From Balanoglossus misakiensis (lineage: Eukaryota > Animalia > Hemichordata), in NCBI GenBank assembly GCA_040954595.2, contig CM082581.2, positions 1,170,699 through 1,234,698 of the forward strand: DNA of 64,000 nt. The letters run 5' to 3'. A program made the position numbers and the translations under genes. The notes under the pieces are model-generated. The model saw only the letters and a list, made by a program, of their open reading frames with translations. It searched no databases and was not told where the DNA came from. Below, piece after piece: positions 1 to 14,068 of this stretch (the first letter of the stretch is position 1; each line of letters opens with the position of its first letter).

Positions 1-3000
1 TGTGTCATTTTTTGATGATTTTCACCAGTTTTTTTTTTCAAAATTTGTCATTTTTTCATGATTTTCCCCCGATTTTTTTCAAAAATCGACGAAAATTTGA
101 GATTTTGCAAAGACGAAAATTTGTCATTTTTGATGATTTTTACCCATGATTTTTTTTCAAAAATGGACGAAATTTTGAGATTTTGCAAAGACGAAAATTT
201 GTCATTTTTTGATGATTTTCACCAATGATTTTTTTTCAAAAAACGACGAAATTTTGAGATTTTGCAGAGGAAAATGTGTCATTTTTTGATGATTTTCACC
301 CGTTTTTTTTTCAAAATTTGTAATTTTTTGATGATTTTCACCCATGTTTTTTTTTTAAAAATCGACGAACCTATGATTTTTTTCAAAATCGACGAAATTT
401 TGTGATTTTACAAAGTCGAAAATTTTGTCATTTTTTGATGATTTTCAACCATGATTTTTTTTCAAAAATCGACGAAAATTTGAGATTTTGCAAAGACGAA
501 AATTTGTCATTTTTGATGATTTTTACCCATGATTTTTTTTCAAAAATGGACGAAATTTTGAGATTTTGCAAAGACGAAAATTTGTCATTTTTTGATGATT
601 TTCACCATGATTTTTTTTCAAAAATCGACGAAATTTTGAGATTTTGCAAAGTCGAAAATTTGTCATTTTTTGATGATTTTCACCCATGATTTTTTTTCAA
701 AAATCGACGAAATTTTGAGATTTTGCAGAGAGGAAAATTTGTAATTTTTTCATGATTTTCCCCCATGATTTTTTTCAAAAATCGACGAAATTTTGAGATT
801 TTGCAAAGTCGAAAATTTGTCATTTTTTGATAATTTTCACCCATGATTTTTTTCAAAAATGGACGAAATTTTGAGATTTTGCAAAGAGGAAAATTTGTCA
901 TTTTTTCATGATTTTCCCCCATGATTTTTTTCAAAAATCGACGAAATTTTGAGATTTTGCAAAGAGGAAAATTTGTCATTTTTTCATGATTTTCCCCCAT
1001 GATTTTTTTAAAAAATCGACGAAATTTTGTGATTTTACAAAGTCGAAAATTTTGTCATTTTTTGATGATTTTCAACCATGATTTTTTTTCAAAAATCGAC
1101 GAAAACTTGAGATTTTGCAAAGACGAAAATTTGTCATTTTTGATGATTTTTACCCATGATTTTTTTTCAAAAATGGACGAAATTTTGAGATTTTGCAAAG
1201 ACGAAAATTTGTCATTTTTTGATGATTTTCAACCATGATTTTTTTTCAAAAATCGACGAAATTTTGAGATTTTGCAAAGTCGTAAATGTGTCATTTTTTG
1301 ATGATTTTCACCAGTTTTTTTTTTCAAAATTTGTCATTTTTTCATGATTTTCCCCCATGATTTTTTTCAAAAATCGACGAAAATTTGAGATTTTGCAAAG
1401 ACGAAAATTTGTCATTTTTGATGATTTTTACCCATGATTTTTTTTCAAAAATGGACGAAATTTTGAGATTTTGCAAAGACGAAAATTTGTCATTTTTTGA
1501 TGATTTTCACCAATGATTTTTTTTCAAAAAACGACGAAATTTTGAGATTTTGCAGAGGAAAATGTGTCATTTTTTGATGATTTTCACCCGTTTTTTTTTC
1601 AAAATTTGTAATTTTTTGATGATTTTCACCCATGTTTTTTTTTTAAAAATCGACGAACCTATGATTTTTTTCAAAATCGACGAAATTTTGTGATTTTACA
1701 AAGTCGAAAATTTTGTCATTTTTTGATGATTTTCAACCATGATTTTTTTTCAAAAATCGACGAAAATTTGAGATTTTGCAAAGACGAAAATTTGTCATTT
1801 TTGATGATTTTTACCCATGATTTTTTTTCAAAAATGGACGAAATTTTGAGATTTTGCAAAGACGAAAATTTGTCATTTTTTGATGATTTTCACCATGATT
1901 TTTTTTCAAAAATCGACGAAATTTTGAGATTTTGCAAAGTCGAAAATTTGTCATTTTTTGATGATTTTCACCCATGATTTTTTTTCAAAAATCGACGAAA
2001 TTTTGAGATTTTGCAGAGAGGAAAATTTGTCATTTTTTCATGATTTTCCCCCATGATTTTTTTCAAAAATCGACGAAATTTTGAGATTTTGCAAAGTCGA
2101 AAATTTGTCATTTTTTGATGATTTTCACCCATGATTTTTTCAAAAATTGACGAAATGTTGAGATTTTGCAAAGTCGAAAATTTGTCATTTTTTGATAATT
2201 TTCACCCATGATTTTTTTCAAAAATGGACGAAATTTTGAGATTTTGCAAAGAGGAAAATTTGTCATTTTTTCATGATTTTCCCCCATGATTTTTTTCAAA
2301 AATCGACGAAATTTTGAGATTTTGCAAAGTCGAAAATTTTGTCATTTTTTGATGATTTTTCAACCATGATTTTTTTTCAAAAATCGACGAAAATTTTAAG
2401 ATTTTGCAAAGATGAAAATTTGTCATTTTTGATGATTTTTACCCATAATTTTTTTTCAGAAATGGACGAAATTTTGAGATTTTGCAAAGACGAAAATTTG
2501 TCATTTTTTGATGATTTTCACCCATGATTTTTTTTCAAAAATCGACGAAATTTTGAGATTTTGCAAAGTCGAAAATGTGTCATTTTTTGATGATTTTCAC
2601 CCGTTTTTTTTTCAAAATTTGTCATTTTTTGATGATTTTTACCCATGATTTTTTTTCAAAAATGGACGAAATTTTGAGATTTTGCAAAGTCGAAAATTTG
2701 TTATTTTTTGATGATTTTCACCCATGTCTTTTTTTAAAAATCGACGAACTTTTGAGATTTTGCAAAGAGGAAAATTTGTCATTTTTTTCATGATTTTCCC
2801 CCATGATTTTTTTAAAAAATTGACGAAATTTTGAGATTTTGCAAAGTCGACGAAAATATGTCATTTTTTGATGATTTTCACCCGTTTTTTTTCAAAAATC
2901 GACGAAATTTTGAGATTTTGCAAAATCGAAAATTTGTCATTTTTTGATGATTTTCACCCATGATTTTTTTTTAAAAATCGACGAAATTTTGAGATTTTGC

Positions 3001-6000
3001 AAAGTCGTAAATGTGTCATTTTTTGATGATTTTCACCCGTTTTTTTTTCAAAAATCGACGAAATTTTGAGATTTTGCAAAGTCGTAAATGTGTCATTTTT
3101 TGATGATTTTCACCCGTTTTTTTTTCAAAATTTGTCATTTTTTGATGATTTTCACCCATGATTTTCTTCAAAAATCGACGAAATTTTGAGATTTTGCAAA
3201 GTCGAAAATTTGTCATTTTTTGATGATTTTCACCTATGATTTTTTTCAAAAATCAACAAAATTTTGAGATTTTGCAAAGTCGAAAATTTGTCATTTTTGA
3301 TGATTTTTACCCATGATTTTTTTTCAAAAATGGACGAAATTTTGAGATTTTGCAAAGACGAAAATTTGTCATTTTTTGATGATTTTCACCCATGATTTTT
3401 TTTCAAAAATCGACGAAATTTTTAGATTTTGCAAAGTCGAACATTTGTCATTTTTTGATGATTTTTACCCATGTTTTTATTTAAAAAAATCGACGAACCC
3501 ATGATTTTTTTCAAAACCGACGAAATTTTGAGATTTTGCAAAGTCGAAAATTTGTCATTTTTTGATGATTTTCACCCATGATTTTTTTCAAAAATCGACG
3601 AAATTTTGAGATTTTGCAGTCAAAAATTTGTCATTTTTTGATGATTTTCAGCCATATTATTTTTCAAAAACCGACGAAATTTTGAGATTTTGCAAAGACG
3701 AAAATTTGTCATTTTTTGATGATTTTCACCCATGATTTTTTCAAAAATTGACGAAATTTTGAGATTTTGCAAAGTCGAAAATTTGTCATTTTTTGATGAT
3801 TTTCACCCATGATTTTTTTCAAAAATCGACGAAATTTTGAGATTTTGTAAAGTCGAAAATTTGTTATTTTTTGATGATTTTCACCCATGTCTTTTTTTAA
3901 AAATCGACGAAATTTTGAGATTTTGCAGAGGAAAATTTGTCATTTTTTCATGATTTTCCCCCATGATTTTTTTCAAAAATCGACGAAATTTTGAGATTTT
4001 GCAAAGTCGACGAAAATGTGTCATTTTTTGATGATTTTCACCCGTTTTTTTTTCAAAATTTGTCATTTTTTGATGATTTTCACCCATGTTTTTTTTAAAA
4101 AAATCGACGAACCTATGATTTGTTTCAAAATCGACGAAATTTTGTGATTTTACAAAGTCGAAAATTTTGTCATTTTTTGATGATTTTCAACCATGATTTT
4201 TTTTCAAAAATCGACGAAAATTTGAGATTTTGCAAAGACGAAAATTTGTCATTTTTGATGATTTTTACCCATGATTTTTTTTCAAAAATGGACGAAATTT
4301 TGAGATTTTGCAAAGACGAAAATTTGTCATTTTTTGATGATTTTCACCCATGATTTTTTTTCAAAAATCGACGAAATTTTGAGATTTTGCAAAGAGGAAA
4401 ATTTTTCATTTTTTCATGATTTTCCCCAATGATTTTTATCAAAAATCGACGAAATTTTGTGATTTTACAAAGTCGAAAATTTTGTCATTTTTTGATGATT
4501 TTCAACCATGATTTTTTTTCAAAAATCGACGAAAATTTGAGATTTTGCAAAGACGAAAATTTGTCATTTTTGATGATTTTTACCCATGATTTTTTTTCAA
4601 AAATGGACGAAATTTTGAGATTTTGCAAAGACGAAAATTTGTCATTTTTTGATGATTTTCACCCATGATTTTTTTTCAAAAATCGACGAAATTTTGAGAT
4701 TTTGCAAAGTCGTAAATGTGTCATTTTTTGATGATTTTCACCAGTTTTTTTTTTTCAAAATTTGTCATTTTTTCATGATTTTCCCCCATGATTTTTTTCA
4801 AAAATCGACGAAAATTTGAGATTTTGCAAAGACGAAAATTTGTCATTTTTGATGATTTTTACCCATGATTTTTTTTCAAAAATGGACGAAATTTTGAGAT
4901 TTTGCAAAGACGAAAATTTGTCATTTTTTGATGATTTTCACCCATGATTTTTTTTCAAAAAACAACGAAATTTTGAGATTTTGCAGAGGAAAATGTGTCA
5001 TTTTTTGATGATTTTCACCCGTTTTTTTTTTCAAAATTTGTCATTTTTTGATGATTTTCACCCATGTTTTTTTTTTAAAAATCGACGAACCTATGATTTT
5101 TTTCAAAATCGACGAAATTTTGTGATTTTACAAAGTCGAAAATTTTGTCATTTTTTGATGATTTTCAACCATGATTTTTTTTCAAAAATCGACGAAAATT
5201 TGAGATTTTGCAAAGACGAAAATTTGTCATTTTTGATGATTTTTACCCATGATTTTTTTTCAAAAATGGACGAAATTTTGAGATTTTGCAAAGACGAAAA
5301 TTTGTCATTTTTTGATGATTTTCACCCATGATTTTTTTTCAAAAATCGACGAAATTTTGAGATTTTGCAGAGAGGAAAATTTGTCATTTTTTCATGATTT
5401 TCCCCCATGATTTTTTTCAAAAATCGACGAAATTTTGAGATTTTGCAAAGTCGAAAATTTGTCATTTTTTGATGATTTTCACCCATGATTTTTTCAAAAA
5501 TTGACGAAATGTTGAGATTTTGCAAAGTCGAAAATTTGTCATTTTTTGATGATTTTCACCCATGATTTTTTTCAAAAATGGACGAAATTTTGAGATTTTG
5601 CAAAGTCGAAAATTTTGTCATTTTTTGATGATTTTCAACCATGATTTTTTTTCAAAAATCGACGAAAAGTTGAGATTTTGCAAAGATGAAAATTTGTCAT
5701 TTTTGATGATTTTTACCCATAATTTTTGTTCAGAAATGGACGAAATTTTGAGATTTTGCAAAGTCGAAAATGTGTCATTTTTTGATGATTTTCACCCATG
5801 ATTTTTTTTCAAAAATCGACGAAATTTTGAGATTTTGCAAAGTCGAAAATGTGTCATTTTTTGATGATTTTCACCCGTTTTTTTTCAAAATTTGTCATTT
5901 TTTGATGATTTTTACCCATGATTTTTTTTCAAAAATGGACGAAATTTTGAGATTTTGCAAAGTCGAAAATTTGTTATTTTTTGATGATTTTCACCCATGT

Positions 6001-6440
6001 CTTTTTTTAAAAATCGACGAAATTTTGAGATTTTGCAAAGAGGAAAATTTGTCATTTTTTTCATGATTTTCCCCCATGATTTTTTTCAAAAATCGACGAA
6101 ATTTTGAGATTTTGCAAAGTCGAAAATTTGTCATTTTTTGATGATTTTCACCCATTATTTTCTTCAAAAATCGACGAAATTTTGAGATTTTGCAAAGTCG
6201 AAAATTTGTCATTTTTTGATGATTTTCACCCATGATTTTTTTCAAAAATCGACGAAATTTTGAGATTTTGCAAAGTCGAAAATTTGTCATTTTTTGATGA
6301 TTTTCACCCATGATTTTTTTCAAAAATCGACGAAATTTTGAGATTTTGCAAAGTCGAAAATTTCTCATTTTTTGATGCATTTTCACCCATGATTTTTTTT
6401 CAAAAATCGACGAAATTTTGAGATTTTGCAAAGTCGAAAA
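1..6440. repeat. Satellite DNA, ~78-bp monomer, ~80 copies, runs off the window start
   Basis: Monomer TTCACCCATGATTTTTTTCAAAAATCGACGAAATTTTGAGATTTTGCAAAGTCGAAAATTTGTCATTTTTTGATGATT. The ORF track shows a 26-aa period. Identical ORFs at 402 and 1690 show a 1288-bp higher-order unit. Confidence 0.97.
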
Positions 6441-7970
6441 CAAGCATCGTCCGATTCGAATTCGACTCGTCATCGGTAGCTTTGTTTATTTCGCCCTTGG
6501 AGACCTCCCCTGGCCTCGTTAGGATGACTGTTACCAGGACTACCTTAAACCAATCTTTTCGAACCGGACGGTACACACGTCATGTCTTTGTTAATTGTCC
6601 AGGTACCAGAGTGTACGTGTGGGCTCCCTAAACCACTCATTGGCGGCCGGTCCCTGTCCGAATAAACACGTTTGACAGACAAAAAATGATGAACAAGTGG
6701 CTTATTTCAATACTTCGTTAACTAGACGGCTGAACTCTGAATGTTGATTCAGCAAAAAAAATGTGTTTACGGCAAGGTTTCGATCAATACGACACATTTA
6801 CCATTGAAAACGCCCAAAGTAAGTGGGGGCGTTTGACCATCGATCAAAACCACGCCCAGGTGCATGTGAACGGCCGAAGCAGTGTAACGTTTCACATTCC
6901 GTGCAACGTCCGACACTGTGTGAAAGCGGTTGCTGTCGGGTGGCTTGACCTAATTTTCGTACATTGATATGCATTTGACACCTCACTACCTGTTTTCTCA
7001 ATATTGCTAAAACTTTGCGTTGAAATATCACTGAAATGTTGATGATCCACGCACAAGTCGTCTACCCCGGCATGAAAAGCGTCTTATACAAGAAAACTAA
7101 TTGCACATGACCACCAAGGTCATACCGCAAGGTGTGTCTAAATGTCAAGGAAGGACACTTGGGTCAAGAACGACCATGACGGAGGAAAAACCGACAAGTC
7201 ATTGTGTAACCTGTTTACTTGCCAATAGTCAAACGTCAAAATTTACTCTCAACTTGGTTGCAGATCGAGTCTCCCGAATTTCCAACTTTTATGATTGGGT
7301 AAATACCGATATGCGACTGGTATGCGACGCGTTGACGACGCGAAGATTTTGTTGAAATCAAATGGTTTGTCAAATGTCATCTCACACTGGAGATACCGTG
7401 GTCATCTGACATGAAAGGGTTCGATTGGGTCTGACCGCCGTCGTTCATCCATGCTTAGAAAGCGGCGATCATGGTACAAAGTAAAACCAAGGTCAAACCT
7501 TACTGAACACATGTATTGCATGGAGAAACTTTTCTCCCTGTCTGTGTACTGAACACGTACCGTGATTGCCATAGTTACAAACGTTACCACGTGAGAGAGA
7601 TTGCATTTTACATCTGTCTTTTCAATTTTGTTGCTTTCTTACTATTCGGAATGATGGAGTCGAAACGAAAACTTTTTGCTCCAGGTGGACCTAGGGGAAA
7701 TACCTTATTTGTGACTTTTTTCATGACCCTAAAAAGACGTCGGAATTAATGTGGCTGAGGTCACTCAGGACGACGGAATGGTTGAGCGATTTTATTTTAT
7801 GAGCTCCCACTAGTATTTGTTTTATTGTTTCGGCAGTGTGTCGCGTTATTCGAGCAATCTGCAGTCTGAAAACGAACGGTTTTCAAAGTTTATAACAGAA
7901 GAACAGGGGTTTAAGCATGAAAGGTCCTGTTGTCTCCCTCGCTGTGTTTGTGTCACTGTGTCTTTGACGT

Positions 7971-8170
7971 CTGACTGACTGATTAACTGGCTGACTGACT
8001 TACTGACTGTCTGTCAACGTCGGTCTGTCTGACTGTCTGCCCCCTCTCTCTGAGAGAGAGAGTGAGCGAGCGAGCGAGCGAGCGACCGGTGAGTGTCTAT
8101 ACTGATGAATGTTGCTCTGTCTGTCTGCTTGTGTCTGTCTGCCACTCTGCCTGTTTCACTCTGTCTCTCT
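7971..8170. repeat. Compound microsatellite (CTGA)n/(GA)n/(GAGC)n/(CTGT)n
   Basis: Directly visible short tandem repeats. Confidence 0.85.
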
Positions 8171-8949
8171 TAATTTCTTTAAAATTAGGGATATGCTATT
8201 AATGCGATATGAAAGTCAGACACGACGGAAACCTTTTATTCTCAAAACTGTCTGTTGTTTGCTGTTAAATATTGCAAAAGGTTAAGGGCCCTTTTCGCAC
8301 GAGACACATGGCTTTGCAGCCGTAGCTCCCAATGTCATAACGATTACCCGAACTACCCTAATTTTAGCCCGCCGACCCAAAACAGTTTAGATCTTCGCAA
8401 ACCGGAAGTAAAAATAACGATGTCAAATATAAAACAATTCATGAAAATTGCGAGAATCACGCAAGAACTATGATGTCATTCTTCTACACTACGACGGCCA
8501 AAGATATAAAAAAATTGAAAAATAAAAAAATGTCCCTTTCTACCTACAATATTTTTGAAAACCATGTAATCGGAATAGCACATATTAGTTTTTTTGGCCA
8601 GAGACATATCCAATTTCCCAACTGAACATGACACGTGATCAAGCATTTTCGACTTATCAGATGCAATCGCTGAACACCTCACACTGAGCGAGGTTTTGTC
8701 TGTCTTTATACGCGCCCTTTGTATTTGTGCGTGACATGTCCAAGCCTTGTTAGGAACTCCCGTAAAATTCTACTCAAATGATGTATACTTTCATACTTAC
8801 GACTGACAGGTATTTTCAGCGTTGCCAGCTGATTGTTTGTCAGGTACCGCTTTATAACAAGACGCCCCTCTGAGTTGATAACCTGCAATGTAACATCATT
8901 CAATTGGTCTAGTCATGTTAGCATTAGTAAAATGCTTCAAAAGTGTTAA

Positions 8950-9240
8950 AGGGACATGATACAAGACACCGTTTATGTTAGTGAATGAACGTTCAACCAC
9001 ACACAACTTCCATCCGGCTTGTATGATACGAGAGTAAAAACACGCCCGAAATGAATAAATGGTAGAGACCGTTTATTCATTTTGGCTACTTTTTAAAACT
9101 CTCGTGTCTATACAAGCGGGGTGGAAGGTGTGTATGGTTGAACGTTGGTTCACTATATCCATATGTAGAATAATATAAACGCAGTCTTGTATCAAACATA
9201 ATTAATGGAAAAAGGGCAGCGAGAGAGAGACTTTGTCCCT
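8950..9240. mobile_element. Palindromic MITE family A (AGGGAC...GTCCCT), TTAA target, Kolobok-like termini
   Basis: TTAA|AGGGAC at 8946-8955 and GTCCCT|TTAA at 9235-9244. Same family as 25088-25434. Confidence 0.85.
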
Positions 9241-9499
9241 TTAATGAATACAGCCACAATGTTCTGTTTATATCTACTGACGGACCAGGCATGGATTGTC
9301 ACGTATAATTCTTTGAAACGTTTGGTCCTCTGAAGAAATCTGAGCACTCATCTACTCAGTTTGCTTATTTTGTCTTCCTCCACCAGTCAGTGGTATCGTC
9401 CGATTTGATACTCCACTCTAAGCCTCTTTCTGAATGGCTCTTTAAGTTGTGATCTGTAAGTCTTAAACCTTTCATCATCCCCCCCCCCCCGTTTCCTCT

Positions 9500-9873
9500 T
9501 TAGAGGTCGTCAACTGGTAAACTGTGCGCCTGTGTCTCTTCCCATAGGAGTACATGGAGAATAGTTAGAAAACTCACTTCTACTATTGTCATTTTCATGA
9601 AATTTTACACATAGCTCCGACAAATCAAAATAAATTCATCACGCTCTATTTTGAGATAAACTTTGTTCAATATTGTATCCATAGACAAACCATTGGTAGA
9701 AAATGCTGACCGTTAGCAGTTTTCTTCAATTGTCGACTAAATTCACGGCCTTGTTTAAAGTCGAAAACAAGTGCAGTGACCCAAAATGGATTTTCATTAT
9801 ACATACAAATCAGAAACGAAAATTCACGATTAAAAGAAATGACAATGCTTTCAATTTTACTGATCGTACATCC
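9500..9873 (-). mobile_element. MITE family B (GGATGTACG termini, TTAA target), reverse copy with degraded left end
   Basis: Ends CGTACATCC|TTAA. Body is the reverse complement of the full copy at 35476-35888. Confidence 0.8.
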
Positions 9874-9877
9874 TTAA

Positions 9878-10197
9878 CTCGCTGCCCTTTTCCATGTTTG
9901 ATACAAAACACCGTTTATATTAATGTAAATGTGGATATATAGCGATGCAACGTTCAACCGCACACACCTTCTATCCCGCATGTAGACACGAGAGCGAAAA
10001 CTCGCAAAACTGAAAAATCGGTCTCTACCATTAATTCATTTTGGGCGAGTTTTTACTCTCATATCATACAAGCAGGATGGAAGTTGTGTGTGGTTGAACG
10101 TTCATTCACTACATAAACACATGCCCATTAATATAAACGGTGTCTTGTATCAAACATAATTAATAGAAAAGGGCGACGAGAGAGAGAGTTTGTCCCT
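9878..10197. mobile_element. MITE family A copy lacking its left terminus
   Basis: Ends GAGTTTGTCCCT|TTAA. Internal palindrome matches family A. Abuts the family B copy. Confidence 0.8.
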
Positions 10198-11530
10198 TTA
10201 AGGCGACATGATGCATGAAGTGGCGAGAGATAAACGCGGCTGACCACCGCATTAAACACTGTCAAGCAAGGCACTTCAAATGCCAATTGTTTAAGTGTGT
10301 ACTAAGTAATAGGTTCATGTACCATGGGGGGGGGGGGGGGGGTCAAATCACAACAGTTGGACATGTACGAATATGAAGAGACGATATCAGTTTGTTCATG
10401 TCTTCCTTTAGTAAAAATCTTTTTTGAACTTTGTATAGAATTCATTGAACTTTACTTTAGCTTATGAACTCTCATTTGCACATCGTCATCTTGAAATTGT
10501 GTCGACTTTATCATAAGGTTTTTATAACTCAACTAGGTCGCAAAACCTATTTAAGTTAGTGAGAATAGGACGTTAACCTTTTGGGTTGATGGCTACAGCC
10601 GTTAATCCTGACTCATACACATGTTGCAGCCAGTATACTCTGCAGACATTGGACACAATAGTTTTACGAACCATTAAATTTTATTGGACCATCAAGTTTA
10701 TTGACCCATGACGTTCATATAGATTTTATGACACGACTGACGCTATAATCGGTCCTTACCTTTGGCGAGCCAAGTGTTTTATAACATCATAAGATATTAA
10801 TACCTATCACCCAGTCAAACGATTTCAAGTTATAAAATTTCCACGCCAATAGGACGCCTTTAGGTGGAAATGCAACCAGGTATCCTAAATAGGAAAATAT
10901 TCCGGGTATCTGTCAAGTTTAGTCCCATATTTAGGGGACCAAGAGCCCTCAGGCGCTTGGTCCCCTTCTGTTATTGCTGGAGTTTGTCTTCTTTCTTCTT
11001 GAGTCGTTTTTTTGCGCCCGTTTTTCTCTGAAATTCCGGCAGGTGCGCCTCCAAATTTGGCACGGTGGTTGGGGCCCATGAGTACTGGTGCACCTGCCCT
11101 TTGAATTTGTAATTAGTCACGTGACTTTGTGGCTATAATCGAGCGAAATTTTCAAATTGACCTAATTTGCACGTTAATGGGGGCATGTACATTCTTTTCG
11201 CGATTTTTGTAGACCATGTGGCCAAAATCCCCTGTGCCAAATTTCAAGGTCCTAGGCCACGTCGATTTTGAGAAGAAGATTTTTGTAATATTTTTTCGCA
11301 TTTTTTGGTGGGCTGAGGACGGACACTGGGGCATCGGACTTTGACCGTCATTACGTAATGTTGTGGAGATCTCATTAGCAGGCTACTCACTTCTGGCGGG
11401 TTGCAGTAGTCCTTGGAAAATCGGCTGAAATACGTAAACAGACCAGTGATTATTTTCCACGGAATGAATTTTGGGACAACACATTATCGGAGTTCAGGCT
11501 GTGTTAGGGCGTTTTATTGAATTACGCTGA

Positions 11531-14068
11531 GTTTGGATTGACCACTGTGTTACCACTAAAATTTTTTATAGCAATGTTCTTTCAATTTCGAGTCTTTGCA
11601 ATGTTGTTGACTCCGACTATATTCCTGTTTCAATAGAGGTTCATTTCAACACTTCTGCTGATGAATGCTTCAGCAGTAGTTCCTTCAAGCAATGTAATTT
11701 TCGAGTTGATTGGAAAAAATTGTCACAGCAGAATATATCCGCCTACACCCGTTGTACCAAAGCCAAGGTTGATAAGATTAATATATCCGAAGAGTTATTC
11801 TGCACTAATGTGAACTGTACATACCCTTCGCATTTACAGGCAATTGATACTTGTTATAGTAGTGTTGTGGACGCATTGAATTGTGCTGCAAAAGATACCA
11901 TTAGGCGTAAGTTTCACCAGAAAGTTCATGTTGTGCCTGGCTGGAACGATTTTGTAAAAGAAAGTCACGACTATGCCCGTTCCATGTTTTTATTATGGGT
12001 TAATGGGGGTAAACCTTAACAAGGCCCGCTTTTTGAAACCATGAAATCTTCCAGAGCTCGTTTTAAGTATGCTTTACGTGCTTGTAAAAAGATTGAGAAT
12101 CAAAATAGGGCTGACAAGATGGCTGACAATTTACGCTGCCACAAACAGAACGACTTCTGGAAGGAAGTCAGAAAGCAAACTAGCAGAAAAATGCCGCTTT
12201 CTGACACTGTAGGTGGAGCGACTGGTGAGAGTGAAATTGCAATTATGTGGCACAAGCATTTCAGTGATATTTTGAATTCTGTCCAGGCTTAGACTGGTAA
12301 AAATGACATCGAGGAGAAAATGAAGTATGTTAAATTTTCTTCTGATATGTATGTTTCTGAAGAAGAAGTAATTTCTGCTATACATAAGTTACCTGACGAT
12401 AAGACAGCTGGCATTGACAATATTTCAGCTGAGCACCTCAAATTCTCAGACTCCTCTATTTTACCCATTTTGACTTGATTGTTCATGGTTACCTGCAAAC
12501 TGAGGCTATCAAAGTTATTTTAGTTCCAATTAAGGATAAAACTAAGCTTTGTAGTGATGCCAGTAACTACCGGCCGATAGCACTAGCAACTGTTTTCTCT
12601 AAAGTTTTTGAGCCTATTTTACTTTCTCGTTGTGAGGAGTTTCTTACCTCTCATTATTTACAATTTGGTTTCAAGCGAGAACATTCAACTGACCTGTGTT
12701 TATTTGCATTTAAAGAAATCATTAGCTACTACACCAGCAATGGAAGACCAGTGTTTACTTGTTTTCTGGATGCTTCAAAAGCTTTTGACAGAGTTAATCA
12801 CTTTAAACTGGTTAACAAGCTCATCGACAGGAATGTTCCCTTGTATGCTGTACGAATTTTATATTAAAGGTCCCATGCCATGCCCTATACAACCACGCGT
12901 AAAATCACTATTTGGGTCTTGAAGTTAACGTATGTTACTATCTTGCAATGCGTTTTGCCCCTTGTGCTTAGATAACAAGCAAGTAAAAGTGGCGGGTGGG
13001 CGTGTACCCCTAACCCAACTCAGTCGATTTTTTTGGCTTTTCGAAGTTAAGCCGAAGACTTATCTTGATGTGGACAAATAGTCTTTCACACCTTTGTAAA
13101 TCCTCTGCCTGCAATGTGAGGCAAGGGCTTCCTTTGCTTTGAACACTGTTTATATAGCTTATCTTTGTCTGTGGACTTAATTACTCATGGACCGATAATT
13201 ACACTTTACTGTAAACAGAATGGTACACTACGACATAGTGTACTTGTTTGTCCATATGCAAATACCTTCGCCTGGCTCGAGTGCGAAGTGGCTCCCCGAT
13301 CACAGGCATGAAAAAAGGTGGCAAATTCCGGCATTCGTGCACATTTTTCGGAACCGACGCAATAGGCAATGCATAGACAGGTACCCTAGGTGAGCTTTTG
13401 ACGTGGAAAAATGAAAACTTTTCAAAGCATGACAAGTGACCTTTAATGGTACAGAAATCAATTGTTTACTGTGTTGTGGGGTAATGAAACCTCAGAGTTG
13501 TTTTCTGTTTCTAACGGTGTAAGACAAGGGGGAGTACTCTCTCCCTATCTTTTTAATGTCTACATTGATGATCTTATCAATGCACTCTGTAAAGCCAAAG
13601 TTGGCTGTACCATGTGTGGTGTCAGCGCTAACACTTTAGGTTACGCTGACGACATGACTCTACTCAGTCCAAGTATTAAGGGTCTACACCGTCTTCTTAG
13701 AATTTGTGAAATTTATGGCAAGGATTATGATATAATTTATAATTCTAGTAAAACTGTGTGCATGCTTTTTAATGGGAAGAATATGAGCGTTCAAAGAATT
13801 CCTTCGGTTAAACTTAATGACATCACTTTAAAGTTTGTACCTGTACACACCTATCTGGGCCATGTTATATCTTGTGAGGGTTGTGATAATGAAGATATTG
13901 AACGACAGAGAAGAGCATTTTGTGTTAGAGCAAACATGCTATTGAGACATTTTCAACATTTTAGTCAAGATGTGAAGAAAGTTTTATTTTTGGCATATTG
14001 TAGTAATATTTACTGTTGCAGTTTGTGGGCATCCTTTAAAGTAAAACCGATGAAAAAATTTAAAACAG
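11531..14068 (+). pseudogene. Non-LTR retrotransposon ORF2 relic (APE endonuclease C-terminus plus reverse transcriptase), truncated at both ends
   Basis: WIDHC..SDYIP (APE end), NYRPIAL, QFGF, FLDASKAFDRV, GVRQGGVLSPYLFNVYIDDL and YADD motifs. Multiple stops and a frameshift. Split by a MITE at 12868-13442. Confidence 0.93.
12868..13442. mobile_element. Non-autonomous DNA transposon (AGGTC...GACCT) inserted at TTAA inside the RT gene
   Basis: TTAA at 12864-12867 and 13443-13446. Removing it restores the RT frame (VRILY*WYRNQLFTVLWG). Confidence 0.9.

Noticed and set aside
402-6473. Many short F/K/D-rich ORFs
   Set aside because: They are translations of the 78-bp satellite, and homopolymer length changes break the frames constantly.
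6441-7900. CpG-rich unique-looking block next to the satellite as a gene or promoter
   Set aside because: Only short ORFs without motifs and no TIR/TSD pair that I could confirm, so it is left unannotated.
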